A stretch of 64,000 nt of DNA from Ruditapes philippinarum (taxonomy: Eukaryota), in NCBI RefSeq assembly GCF_026571515.1, contig NW_026864902.1, positions 62,001 to 126,000 on the forward strand. Direction: 5' to 3'. Shown here in pieces: positions 29,172-42,299 of this stretch; position 1 is the first letter of the stretch, and every line of letters starts with the position of its first letter. Below the pieces are notes generated by a model that was not told where the DNA came from, made no database searches, and saw only the letters and a list, made by a program, of their open reading frames with translations. The position numbers and the translations under genes are program-made.

Positions 29172-30541
29172 GTATTACATGTATAATGTGCACACAATCG
29201 AGCACAAAATCTCAATACGTGTGTACTGTATAGTATCAAAAATTGAACTGAAACACAGTCGCTAGAAAGGTGATAAAATTACATCGATTATGAATAGACC
29301 GTTATTGAATGGTCATTGTGTAGTACTTTACAAAAGAGAATATAGCCTGCGGTCAATTTGGCATAAACTCGGTTAAAATATATCTATAAAACTGTGTTTA
29401 AAAGAAAAAAAAATATATATAAACTAAAAAAATAAAACTTCACATATAAGGGCGTTTTGTGTTTTTATTACTATAAGTATGATGTAAGAAAATATACATG
29501 GATTGAGTCGTGTATCATTTGGGAAACTTATTTAAATTATTCTGTAATTGTCTAATTATGTAAATATGTAAATTAATTGCTTGATTGGTCGTCCTACGGG
29601 GCATGCGCAATGGCTATTTTTTCCAATATTACCCATGGACTTGGTTAAACAAACATCGTAAGCAATTTTTACTCATCTTTTTTTTTTAGTTTCCTCAAAT
29701 TCTACAGTAAAGTGTTACCATCACAACAATATGAAAGTTTGTGATAATAGTCATCGATTCCTATCAAACTGAAACTGAAAATTTTATACATCATAATTAA
29801 AAACAGCGTGGTGGCAGAATTGTTAGATCCACTCTAATTTCATTAAATTATCTAATAATTCTAAAAGTTGAACCTAATAACATCCGTTAAATCCAACTTG
29901 CGTTGAGGAAGTTATTAATGCATTATTGGAGTTGCTAACTTTAATTATACGTCTTAAGTCCTACAAGTAAGACACACGTATTTCGATTAAACATCGTTAA
30001 CAGTATTTTTATATATCTATAATAATTGAAATTCTTATTTAAAGTAAGGAGTACAGTTGTCTAGCAACGAGTCTCCAGAGTGAGTCTGAATACAAAATAA
30101 CTAAATACTAATATTTAACTAAGATGAGCACTGCCATTTCGCTGATATGTGAAAACTAGGTGCACAAGTGTATGGTAAAAGCGAATATAAGGATTATGTT
30201 GTGTCAATAGTCAAACTAAACGGCCATTTGGATATGCATTGTACGTGTTTTTATCGTATTTATCTTGTTATGTTTTTGTTGTTGTTGTTTTCATTTGTTT
30301 GGGTCGTCAGACCAAACAAATAATGGTAGCGAAATTTCAGACTCTAATGCTGTTAATTGCAAGTGCCGAAAGTAGTCCGCTTTTTTTGAAGCGGTTACCT
30401 CCCTTTATATGTAACACTTAGGCCGAAAAAATTAGGGGAGATCACTGCGTAAATATGGTAACAATGACAGGCGGATTTAATTTTCAAGCAAAATAATTCC
30501 CGAATGGTCGAAGATTTCTAATATTGTTTTATTCTTTATAG

Positions 30542-30598
30542 ATATACATGCTTATTGTAAGCTCCATGATTATTTACACAAGTGTTAAACAACAGTTA
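30542..30598 (+). pseudogene. Decayed paralog of the 34677-34745 signal-peptide exon (IYMLIVSSMIIYTSVKQQL), donor lost
   Basis: TTATTCTTTATAG acceptor. CAACAGTTAGCGTCGTTACAAACTCTA aligns with CAACAGTTAGTAAGTTTACAAACACTA at ~34737. Confidence 0.35.
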
Positions 30599-30660
30599 GC
30601 GTCGTTACAAACTCTAACTAGAATATATGGTTTTCTTCATGCCGTTAACAGTAATAAATT

Positions 30661-30746
30661 CACCGTGGGCCGAGGGTTTGCGCGCTCGCTTAAGGAAGCG
30701 AGAGTCTTTGAGTTCAATTCCCAGTTAAGGCAACCCATTTTTTTTT
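30661..30746 (+). mobile_element. tRNA-derived SINE head or tRNA pseudogene
   Basis: A-box-like GTGGGCCGAGGG, anticodon-like hairpin CTCGCTT-AAGG-AAGCGAG, B-box GAGTTCAATTCC, then T9. The acceptor stem does not pair. Confidence 0.6.
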
Positions 30747-32169
30747 CAAATTGCTTTAAGTCAAATAACATGGATCGAATTTAAGTCTTATAGCCATTCT
30801 ACTGAAATTAAAACGCTGGAAAGCATTGGTGGCACTATAACAAAAACACATTTGTTTTATAATCTCACAACCTTCACCTTTCTGACATTCTGAGACCCAA
30901 ACAAATTCAGCGCCTTCTGTTGTTTTTGTGAGTGTTGTTGTTGTTTAACAATGTAGAAAATATAAGTATCTTTTTTGTTATAAGTCAATTCTATGAGATA
31001 GGACTAAGCTGATTTAGTTTTTCAAAAATGTTTCAATGTTCCCAAATCCATTAGCAATGTGCATGGTTAATGCAAAAATTGGCTACACTTATATTACATC
31101 ACCTCCGGCTCTTCTGACAAATTTTACGGTAAACCATTATTTTCTGCATAAAATTACTTTGGAAATGTAAGTTTGCTGTCTCGTGGTTACTAATAGTTGG
31201 CATGCATGCATTGGGGAGGGGGTTGGCGATTCAGCATTATCAGAATGATTGTTTTGAAATGAATGTTATCATTGTGAGACATCTATTATTACTATGTAAT
31301 TGCAAATCTATCTTAGTTATTAAAGTTATAACATCATCATCTTACTTATTCTTTCTGAATCATAACGTTACCAAGCTATCATTTTTTGATGGGTATTGAC
31401 TGACATTTGAACGTCCAATCAAGATAGAAAATCAGGAGGAGTTTGTGACTCATTAATGTGAAGTACAATATCATTTGATCGTTGGTTATTCTATGCATCA
31501 AATATATGTAGGATTTTAAGGCATATATACAATTGTTAAAGTGTAATGTTAATGTTTTAGCCGGACTTTATAAGTACATATTATAGACAAAATTATCAAT
31601 GACGAATGATGATGTTAACAATTAATTTCATTGACTTTGCTAAGGTGATATTTACTGATGTTGAAAGCCCACATGTTAGTGTTTTGTCACGTGTGTCCCT
31701 ACGTAAAGCGTTTGAAAAGCAATACGAAAAATCTTTACATACGTCTTGAAGGCAAGAATCCATAATTCTCATTGGATGTTTATATGTATTTGTGTTGTTT
31801 ATTTTTATCATTCTAAGAGCAGGACTAGAACAACACACCCCATGTACGATTGTTTTCTTATTACAGGTGGTTACATTTACGCCAATTTGAACTTTAATTA
31901 TATACATTTTTTAGCATAAATATCACCTAGAATCGGAGCTGCCAATTATTAATTTCTACTTTCAATACCATATTTTCCAGGTTTTTTTCTCTCTGTTCAT
32001 TTCAATGAAATTTTATAAAATTGATGAATGTCATATCACTTAAAGTCAAATAAACAAACGATTCACTGAAGGTAGTGAGTGGTTCTCGTAATGATTTTCT
32101 CTACCATAATGACAATTATTTATTCATGTAACTTACTCCACATTAGAAAAAAAAACATTTTCATTAGAC

Positions 32170-32700
32170 GTTTCTTGAACCACTTAGATTATATCAATTG
32201 AATTAGACTGTCAGGTTAAATGATAAATCAACTAACCGAACGAAACATGATCGTTTAATGCTGATATTATACAAATTCAGCGTATCTTACATTGAACCAT
32301 TTACATATATCATTTAAGACTTACCAAATAAATCTTTGTATAATCACCATATTAGCATATTACATGATCCAGTAACCTAAGAAAAATCTGAAATTTCAAA
32401 ACGGCCCACGCGTAGAAAAATACAACGATTTGCATGCTTATGTTCATTCCATAATTAAATCACATTTAATAAGTCGTTAAGAAACAGAGACAAGAGAAAA
32501 GTTTTATGTAAAAGTTCTCAATTAATATAATAACATATTGTTTTTTCTTAAAGAAAAATATGCTTTAATAGTTAGAATAGACTAGTGTCATAAGTTGGTT
32601 TTGTTAATCGTGTTTGTATAAAACAGCAACACGCTGTAATTAAGACCAAAGCAAGACATAAGATGCATAAATCAGTTATTTTAGTAGTCACAACACAACA
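32170..32700 (+). repeat. Third diverged copy of 28540-28960 / 62945-63370
   Basis: Shared anchor ATAAATCAACT.ACCGA..GAAACATGATCGTTT.AATG.TG.TATTATAC.AATTCA. Confidence 0.7.
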
Positions 32701-32991
32701 GTCATTTGATTATATTGGGGGCATGTCAGTTCATTTCAATAATATATAGTAACATAGATTCAGTTTTTATCATTAGGGACCATGACTCAAATAATGGTTA
32801 TGTTGCAAATAAATTCTTCATGGTCAGGTGTTTAAAAATGTGAGTAATGATTTTCTCTCAATATTTCGAATGTATAGATTTAAACAATTTGCGCTTGCAA
32901 GTTTTTGTTGATTTATTTTTTCTTTTCTTAAGCTCTTGGCGGTGTTCCCTCGAAAGCAATAATCGCAACAAATTAGACATTCATTTTGCAG

Positions 32992-33109
32992 ACTTGGTTT
33001 GGTTGAAATAGTTCATAAGGATAATGGAAAATTTCAACATCCCTCTTGCTCCCTAGCACTGGCGAAAACGGTAGTCAATCTTCGAAACTTAATGTACTGG
33101 AACCAATGA
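32992..33109 (+). pseudogene. Candidate phase-2 terminal exon, LGLVEIVHKDNGKFQHPSCSLALAKTVVNLRNLMYWNQ*
   Basis: TTCATTTTGCAG acceptor. Homologous starts, each directly after CAG, at 6113 (+), 24510 (-) and 34188 (-), with synonymous differences (CTC/CTT, GAG/GAA). Confidence 0.4.
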
Positions 33110-34676
33110 TTCCAAAGGACCAGAATGCCGTTTTTCCTACAACAGTCTATTTTAACAGTCCTTCATATGCCTACAAAATATGGTTGTAAACTATGAAAGC
33201 CAGATAGCTTAATACAGCATAATTTAACAAGAACTGACGAATTTGAATTTTGTCAAAGTATCATCTTCTGTAAGAATATTTAACAAAACAAATGTTATAC
33301 TTTCTAGGTTATCCGTTTCTGTCAAGGCAGTTTCTATGACAAACCTCTTATTCTTCCTATAAAAAATGTATTATAAAGGTAACAGTATTATTTACGAAAG
33401 CATCATTAAATGTTTTTAGTAGAAATTCAAATTGTCTAAATATGAAGAATAAAAAACAAATGAATATGTACATAAAACGTCGTCCGAAAAACGTTGCCGC
33501 AATACTTTCTGTCAAACGCGGTGGATGTCAATACATTGTATGGTGTAACAAGGTGCATAATGATTACTTTTTTTCATTTTAAAATACATCAATCCGTCTG
33601 AGCACTTAAGATGTTTAATATTCTATATAAATCCATCGGACAATGTACCAGAGTGACCTAACCAATCATTTCTATTTCTATAATTATTATAGTAAAATCA
33701 AAAGGGGCGGCATATACAGCGCAGTGTCCTGTTGTATGGAGATGAAAACTAGCAAAAGATATTGAATCAATCGATTCTATAAAATTGAAAGAAAAATGAA
33801 AATCTGTTCAGTATTTATTCATTAATTCGATTTTTAAAGATGTAAAATTTCAAGTGCATTTCTTTCACAAAATAGTTTCTATGCTTCAAATGTCGGTGAC
33901 ATTATTTATTCAGATACATTTACATACTTTAACTTATTCATCAGCTTACATTACTGCAGTTACAAAATCAGTGCCGTACAGAATAGTTCTATCTTTTAAT
34001 AATTTTATTATTTATATAACCATTAACCTGATGCGATAGACGAAAGGACAATTTGTCAGATTTATTTGTCATCGATTCCTTCAAATGCTCAGGATTTGAA
34101 GATAAAAAAACCGCTTCCGGTGTAAGGGGACGAAAAGGATGTTGCAGTTTTCCATTATCCCTTATGAAAAGACTCAATCAAACCGAGTCTGCAATTTTCC
34201 TGTTATAATTTTTGTATTTATTTATAATAGATATTATAGTTGTTTTCTCGGCTTCCGATCGATTACTGTTTTCCCAGATTTTTTTTCCTAACGGTAAACC
34301 TTTTTTTAAGTAACTTTCTTTTATCTTAAAGATATGGAATCATTTTGGATTAATTCAGTCCGAACGGTTTATATCAAATCCATATTACACCATATTGAAA
34401 CTTTTTTTTCATTTTAGGGCCCAAAACATCTTTATTTAATGCATATATCATACCCCATCAAGCCTCATTTTTATGTTGAGACTTCAAAAATCTATAATAA
34501 ATTGTAATTGTACTTGAATTAGCTAAGTTTGTCAAAATATCAACACATAGAAGTGTAAAGAGGCCATTTAATATGGTTGAGAACAATATTTGTTTGATGA
34601 GTTGTCGATTTTCTTCTTACTGACATTTTTCAGGACATGTTATCGCTTTATTAAATGCAGGAGGTTTTTAAAGTTC

Positions 34677-35818
34677 ATGAAAAAGCTCTTAATATCTTTA
34701 TGGTTACCTGTCATTGTCACCATATTAATGAATGCTCAACAGTTAGTAAGTTTACAAACACTATTTATTGCGGCTATTCTTAGTTGAAAGCTAGAAGAAT
34801 TAAACAGAAATATATGACAGACACATTACTACGTCCTAATTGAATGTGTATTTTCTTTATTTATTTATAATCACCACTTTGTATATAAAATCGTTGTTGT
34901 ATTTATGCTTGCATAGCTTTAGCACAGTAATTTCCTGTCTAATTCGGCATATGTACGGTATTAATTGTATTATTTTACTTTGTCTATGTGTAATTTATTG
35001 GTCTACGAGGTCTGTCGAATAATATGTACACTTTCGCAATGAACCTTAAAGTTTACTGTAATGTGCTTAATAATTTGTAATCAACAATAAATGATTACTC
35101 TATCATAAGGAAAGTATATCGTGATAACCTAGGAATGTTTTATTACAAGATCTCTTAGCGCAACCTTTATTACAGAAGTTTTTTAATTCATAATAAACCA
35201 TTTCAACCCCATCTGGTCTAAATATATCTCGTTTCAGAAGACAAATCTTTCATTCAAGCATTGTAGAGTAAACAACTGATCACTGTTCAAGTAACAGTTC
35301 CCCCAATTAATTGCTTTAAATCTTCGACTGAACACGCATTCAGCTTTCAAAGACGACGCGTCCTCTTAAATGAAGTTCCTATCATGCATATTCTCCCGAG
35401 GTTTGCTTATTTTTTAAAGATATGTAATACTTGGTATGATTTTATCCGATCTTGAGCAAATCATGGCCGTATCTGTAATATGATGTGCACATATATCAGG
35501 CAGCTTATATGTACTAAATGTATATTTAAACTGTTTTATAACATAACTAGTAGACTTTTCCTTATAAATTGTCGGAAACGGAAAAAAGACAGAAACTAAT
35601 GTACGCATCCTTGAACTGTACATTGTAAGTAACAAACGCGACAAACCATTTATTTCAAGCAATGTTAGTCCAGTAAAATAGATGGCTTCAAACGAGTTTG
35701 CATGTCATCTTTCTCATAAAATTGTTTCTTATTTCAATTACTTTAAATATATTTTCAGAAATGGATGAATCCATTACAATTAACTATTTGCCACGTGTTT
35801 ATTGACTAAATTGTGTTT
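34677..35818 (+). pseudogene. Two-exon remnant of a small secreted Cys protein: MKKLLISLWLPVIVTILMNAQQL | KWMNPLQLTICHVFID*IVF
   Basis: Exon 34677-34745 (ATG, basic then hydrophobic, GTAAGT at phase 0) and exon 35759-35818 (ATTTTCAG ... GTATGC, phase 0-0). An in-frame TAA sits where the second Cys of the family motif falls. Confidence 0.45.
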
Positions 35819-36245
35819 GTATGCTAATCGTTTCTACTGGAATGTTATTTAATCACCTTTCGGATATGGTGTCTGATAGTTACATATATTTGCAATTTCC
35901 TTTGACTGCTTGTGATACATTTTTCGCCATTCTAAAGCCCATATTTAGCTTTGCGCATTTTTTTCGGGTGTACTGCAAGCAGTTTTTGTTTTTTTAGGGA
36001 ACGAACGTTTTTTGTGTAATGGTAAATGAATTTAACTCATGCATCCATCACAATTACCTTTTTGTCATGTCACTTGTTGATTTACATTTATTGTGTTTGT
36101 ATGCTAAACGTGCCTAATTGAATGTTATTTAATCGCCTTTCGAATATGTCGTCTGATAGTTACATATAGTATCAATTTCCGTTTACGACTTCTTTTCTTG
36201 TAATACATTTTTTTTCTTCCCCACTTTTAGCTTTGCGCATTCTTG
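35765..36245 (+). repeat. Local tandem duplication, period ~280 bp
   Basis: ATTGTGTTTGTATGCTAA...GAATGTTATTTAATC...GTCTGATAGTTACATATA...TTTAGCTTTGCGCATT at 35810 and 36090. Confidence 0.85.
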
Positions 36246-36547
36246 TCAGATTTGGCCATATAAACATTTAACTATTATGACTACTAATCAGAGAAAAGCA
36301 TTTGTTTATATTTAAGTGTCTGATTCATTATCAATTGATTGAAGAGGCTAACATCGAATGAAGTTCCGTTGATCAAATCACAAATTCTAATGAGGATGCT
36401 AATATATTCAAGGTTGTCTAGCGTTGAAATAATTTTGCACAATTCTTAGAATTCACTGCAGTCAATTTATAAATGTAATGGCTTTCGGCATATTTACATC
36501 ATTTACTTCTTTACTAGGACGTCGATACATGTTTCCATCTTATTGAA

Positions 36548-36717
36548 TTAACAACCTCGTGAGATTGCGTTCTTACACCGCATATAGCTCTTAATGAATG
36601 TAGCTTTCCAAAGAGCTTTCATCGTTGACACCTTACTATAAGTGCAACGGATATAGCTCCAACAAATGGGGTGCTGTATACGCCAAGAGGCAACATTGTG
36701 ACGGATAACGCTTTCCA
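36548..36717 (-). CDS. Candidate terminal exon of a small cationic four-Cys protein (…WRIQHPICWSYIRCTYSKVSTMKALWKATFIKSYMRCKNAISRGC*)
   Basis: Open frame, locally higher GC than the flanks, C-x2-Y-x2-C motif. No clean acceptor (TTTATATTTGG) and no upstream exon identified. Confidence 0.3.
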
Positions 36718-37359
36718 AATATAAACATGCATTTTTGTGTTTTTCATATATAACACACAGATTAAGTTTTTGCAACATTGTAAATTGTCATCGTAATCAT
36801 CATTATCACAAGCAAATCATTATCTTAATAAGTACATTGCTATCATCATCTCAGTATCTTATAACTGTATATAACTTAAACAACTCTTTCCGGAGAGCTA
36901 TATTTGCCTTCCAAAATGTTTTAGAGATTTATAGAAAAAATCATATTTTCTTAGGTCCTTATTGTTATTCTATATAATGAACTTATCGGTGAACAAAATA
37001 TTTTTGCATATATACATGTATGCATTTATATTAAACGATACTGATGGTTTGAAAAACAATTCAAATGCAATTAAAATGAAAAATTAAATGTGAATTAACT
37101 GTTTTATGGGCATGTTATATTCTACTCAATACTTTCTTCTGTACCAAAATTCTATAATCTAAGGTTTTTGTGCGGATTACGTCCATCTCATTTTTGTTTT
37201 TTAAATCTGTTTTATTGCTGTGATGGATCTTCTAAATTTTTCAGAATATTTCTGGACAATGTAAATGTTTGTTTATGTGTTTGCGTTCTGTCCCTCTTGT
37301 AATTAGTTCTTTTGTTAATTAAGAAATCAATGAGACTGCACCGTTTAAGGATAACCCCG

Positions 37360-37594
37360 TATGGGGATAACATTGTGTCGTACTTTAGATCCTCGGGCCG
37401 AAAACACTTTTATGTCATATTTTTCTTGTTTCCCACGGGCGCCAGACGAAAAACGACACAGTGGTTACTTTGTCGAATTATCGCGTTTTGACCTTGCGCC
37501 CCGCATAGCGAAAGTACAACAAATTCGTCACTGTCGTGTTTTCGTCTAGCGCCACGCAGAATAAAATACGACATGGCACACATCAGCCACCTTA
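37360..37594. mobile_element. Degenerate palindromic MITE with TATGG/CCTTA-type ends
   Basis: Inverted arms GGCGCCAGACGAAAAACGACACAGTG / CACTGTCGTGTTTTCGTCTAGCGCC and TGTCGTACTTTA / TAAAATACGACA. No clear TSD. Confidence 0.6.
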
Positions 37595-39257
37595 CGCTTT
37601 GCTATTTCCAAGTCTGGAAAGTTTCATTGATTTTCTGTACACATATATTCAGGAACCTGATTAAAATTTACTTTGCGTTTTATAGCAGTGTTCAAAGAAT
37701 ATATTTGTTTTTCAGTGGTAAATCTTACATGTCTTATTGACATTATCTCTTATTTTGTAAAAAGTGGACATTACGAGTTGGGTTAGATGCAAATCGAATT
37801 CAATTAAAATACCAATATTTGTTTAATATCACTAATCGGCGTTCAGGCTAGTTTCCATGCTCAATATGTGATCCAGTGATACACGGACTATAGGCTTGTT
37901 TCGAATATTAATAGGGCGTATGCTATAGTTAACAACAAATCTAGGCAAAATAAAAACAGTATTATAAAATTTGTTTATTCTTGCATGATCTTAGTGAAAT
38001 TATGTTTACAGACAGGAAAGAAAATATTAAGGGGTCACCAAGTTCATCAGCCCTTCAATTTGAGTGTTCATGTCATTTCCAGGACAGATAAAGGATTTTT
38101 AAATATTTGACTTCTGAGTGTACAATTCACAGAAAACGACTATGGTTTGTAGTTACACCGTTTATCTATGTTTTCGAAAACGTCTTTTTTTATCTGAGTA
38201 TTGGGAAATCGACAATAACATAATTAGTCGCAATAAGGTTGGACAGTGTACTTCAGAAACATTTGATTATATGGAAAGACGTATCCAAGATGAGATTAAT
38301 GTAATTCCACACAAGTACCTACTTATTTAGTCCAAATTTTATTAATGTCAAATTATAACAGACGGTGTCACTAAATATGTTGCAAGTCTTCGACAGAAAT
38401 GATAAAAACGCGATGGGCTTGTATGTTCTTAACCATTTTATCATGCAACTGCAATGGTAACTGCCCGATAACACTTGCCTCATAATTATTTTTGATATCA
38501 CGTCAGTAGCCTGATATCAAATATTAGCCCCGCCCATTTTAACGGACTTTTTTCAATTGCTGATATTCGAGCATTTTCATCAGCATGTGAATTCTACAAT
38601 GTAATCTCTTACCCTTACAAGTCTTGAATCAATATGCGAAATTTATTTTTATTTATTATTTCGATTTCATTTACGAATAAATTTGATAGCGAATAGTTTT
38701 AGCATCAACTAAATGAAGTGACGTCATAATTTATATTGCAAATGACATCATCGATGTTCACATCATACTATACATGTAATCATAACAAACAGGCTGACGA
38801 TTTTCTTTGAGAACTTGTAGACTAAATGTTTACTTTATTTTGCCGGACTATTATTTAATAAGTGAACAAATTGTTTCGTTTAAGACGCATGTTTGTGTAG
38901 CTTGTGTTTGATTGCCGATTTTACTTTTCTTTGATTGAAATGATCGTGAACTTTTGAATTTGACAATTCAAGACATAAATTGCAGTAAAGTTTAGTTTAT
39001 GTGATTCTAAGCGGATTTTTGGATCGATGTTTAAATTAAAGGTAAGAATGTTATCGTATTAGGCCTACATTCTGTTGTATCTTTTATCCGAGTCGAAAGA
39101 AAAAATGGCCGCCAATTACAAATTCTAAGTGTCAGGGGCGGAGGAATTTGTTTTCAAGAATTATTTCTTTGAACAAAAATTCCCCTTTTTAACGAAATTC
39201 GCTATTTAAAAGTAGATTATTTTGTTATTTTGACAGTTATTATGTGTTACATGATAA

Positions 39258-39408
39258 ATAGAAAAACATGCTACTGTCTTTTGATATCAATTTTATCAGG
39301 CTCGGCTGATGTGGGCAGAAAGAGCTCGGCAAGCCTCGCCCTTTCTAGCCCATATCAGCCTCGCCTGATAAAATTGATATCAAAAGACAGTAGCATGTTA
39401 TTCTCTAT
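39258..39408. mobile_element. Near-perfect palindromic MITE-like element (Crypton-like non-autonomous type)
   Basis: AACATGCTACTGTCTTTTGATATCAATTTTATCAGGC perfectly mirrored by GCCTGATAAAATTGATATCAAAAGACAGTAGCATGTT; core CTCGGCAAGCCTCG. Confidence 0.85.
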
Positions 39409-41586
39409 GAGACGGATGGAGTGCAGCTAGATTTTTTATGGGATATCTCTTTACGGAATTCTAACGTAAGACTTTCTGGGGTTTGTTTTGCTACCAATTT
39501 ATTATAATGTTAAACACAAACAGTAAGGCAGTTTATATTCGTATTCGTGTATGTCTGTCATCTCACTGTATCATGTATATTCTAATTTGAATAAAAAAAA
39601 GATTTGGAAACAACTTCAATATTGTTTTAAGTCTTGAATTTTAAAATGCACAAGAATCTTTTCAATTTCCATACAATTGAACGACTGTTTAAGAGTAACA
39701 TGTTCCATAGTCCATGTTTATTATTATTTATGATACATAGACTTCGTTTGTATTAGGGAAATGTGTTACTGTCTTGTCCATTGGTCTCTTACAATTGCTT
39801 ATGTTAAAAACTTTATTTCATCTTTTGATATTAACTATACGTCATAATGGATATCCACAAAATCAAAGCGTCTGGCATGTATCAAAAAAGGAGATCGCTA
39901 TTTACTATTAACAAATTGAATATCTCTTTTAAATATTTATATTTTTCACAGAAACGTAAGAAATATGATAAATACACTTCTGCGATAAAGTTCAAACCCT
40001 ACATTTACATCGAATGTATTTCATATTCTACATTACCTCATCTATTTAAAATCATAGTTCAACAAAACTAACTTGTCCTGCATGAGCCCTTGCTAGTCAC
40101 AGTAGATGTATTCTGGTTAAGTGTTATATTTGTTTCCTTTTACTTTTATCAACTGACGGAATATCACATTTCGACCAATACGAGTACTATGTGTCTAATT
40201 TTACACCTTTTTCACGATCTTCAATGGCAATGCAGTTCTCAATCTGTCAAGCAGTGTTAGAAAACTTTGCAATGTTAGTATTATTGTTTATTTAAAGGTT
40301 TGATGACGAATATCTAGTATGTTAACTTCCATATCTGAACAACTCTTCTCATGTGCTTCTTGCAGTTGAGCATCTTTTCACTGGTTTACTCTTTTTAAAT
40401 AACTTTTTTAATTTCAAGTGATCCGATTTTGATTGTTAAGTAAACTATCAAACTGAGGGTGAATAAAGGAAACAGTGTAAGGATATGCATAAATGTTACT
40501 ATTAATAGCATTTCTGTGCTCTTTTGTCGTCGTTCCCGTGCCCTTCCATTTCTGTATGTGAGATAATTCTCTTCTCTCACAAGATCCTTTCTTACTTTAA
40601 AAATGTGAAATAAAACAATACTATTACATATGATAATGAAAACTATAGGTAGCACAAACACAAGTGTCCAGAGGTAAAAATACACGTCAAGACTGGTGTA
40701 CAGTTTTAAATATTCCTTTGCCGCTAAACAGTCTCTTATATTGTTTTGGTCGTCGTAGACGATATGTTCCACCATTACAATTCGTAACGGCTACGTCAAA
40801 CATACAATAAGAAAAAGTAAACTGATTGCAGCGGTTGTGCCAATTTCTTTCCGGAAATAGACTTTTTTTAAACGGAAAACATACAGCTATTACACGTTCA
40901 ACAGCCATAATTACGACTAACCATGAACACATTAAAGTTATGACATGTACAGTAACATTAAATACTTTACAACTGCCATCATCAAAGTGTTGAAAGACAC
41001 CCTTTGTCTTTTTAAATAATACGAGATATTCATCAATAATTTCCACTTGTCGAATTATCAATGTCAAAGTATCGAACACAGTTAGTGCACATAAATAATG
41101 CGAGTAAGACTTGCGACGTAGTGGTTTGGTTTTCATTACAAGAAATGAAAGTAGGTTCCCAACGATTCCTTCAATATGGAATGCCGGTAGGGACATGCCA
41201 ATTTGCTTATTTGCCAATTGCTGAATTGCTTATTTGCTAATTGCCGATTTACTTATTTGTCAATGGCTGATAGGCTTAACGACAAATTTGCTTATTTGCC
41301 AATTGCTGAATTGCTAATTTGCTTATTTGTTAACCGCTGGTTTACGTATTTGCTTATTTGCCAATTGCTAATTTGCTTTTTTGCAATATAAATACTTTAC
41401 ACTGTGCCGGAAATATATAGAAAATCTGACTACAGACAACCAGTTGAGTCAGATCTGTTAACTTTTACCAACAGTATTCTTGTAAATTCAGTGTTTTTCC
41501 AAGAATACTGTTGGTCAATGAATTTAGTTGCAGTGATGCCTACGCAGATATATGTCTACAACTGATGGCTGACATGTCCTTGAGAA

Positions 41587-41888
41587 CACAGACGCTTGGG
41601 GTCAGATCCTGTACCCCAACGTGATACGTGTCCCTGTAAACACTCTATTTAAAATATTTTAATATTTAAACACGAATTGGACATTGTTAAAACTGGTTTT
41701 CAAGCAATTTTTACATATACCAGTATGAAAAAATACCATATACCACCAAGTCTCAATAAAGTGCTTAATGGTTTTATGGTTGTAACAAATGTCCAATTCG
41801 TATTTAAATAAATATTAAAATAGTTTTGATATAGTGTTTACGGACGCGTATCACGTTAGGGGCAGGATCTGACCCGCCAGCATCTGTG
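41587..41888. mobile_element. MITE with ~110-bp TIRs and 8-bp TSD (P- or hAT-like), nested in the IS3EU-like element
   Basis: CACAGACGCTTGGGGTCAGATCCTG ... CAGGATCTGACCCGCCAGCATCTGTG; TSD CTTGAGAA (41579-41586) / CTTGAAAA (41889-41896). Confidence 0.8.
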
Positions 41889-42299
41889 CTTGAAAATGCC
41901 GTATAATGTGTTGCAGCTATAGATATGTTTGTGCAGCTTAAGTCAGAGATTGATGGCATAATAAACACTTGATTAGTCATATATAAGTGAAAATTATTGG
42001 GTAAAGATTGAAAATAAAGAAACTTGAAAACAAAACTATTTCTTATTTTATGGCATATAAAATGTCGTTATTCTCAGCAGATTTGTCACAGAGGGCCTCA
42101 TTTTAGTGGTACAAACACATAGTATCACGAATGATACATTTGGTGCATGCTTAACACGGGTGTTTTTCTTTGCACTTAAGCAATAGGCTGCGTTTTTAGC
42201 TCTGTAAGATTTTGAGATCACTTATGTCTGTGTGTGCATCAACATTTTGCTTTGGTTCAATGTTTTTGAAATTTGGTCACACTTTTCCATTTCTTCATG

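Larger units (their letters stand above)
8985..30010 (+). repeat. Segmental duplication, arm A (direct paralog of 44487-64000)
   Basis: Colinear anchors: 9030/44530, 13780/50045, 17280/55540, 18815/56090, 20370/57900, 25390/59395, 27850/60815, 28600/63005, 29880/63795. Each arm has its own insertions. Confidence 0.9.

Noticed and set aside
28925-29233. ORFs spanning N runs (also 55813-56173)
   Set aside because: Artefacts of translating through assembly gaps.
30661-30746. Functional tRNA gene
   Set aside because: The acceptor and T stems do not pair and the anticodon loop is abnormal; reported as SINE head or pseudogene.
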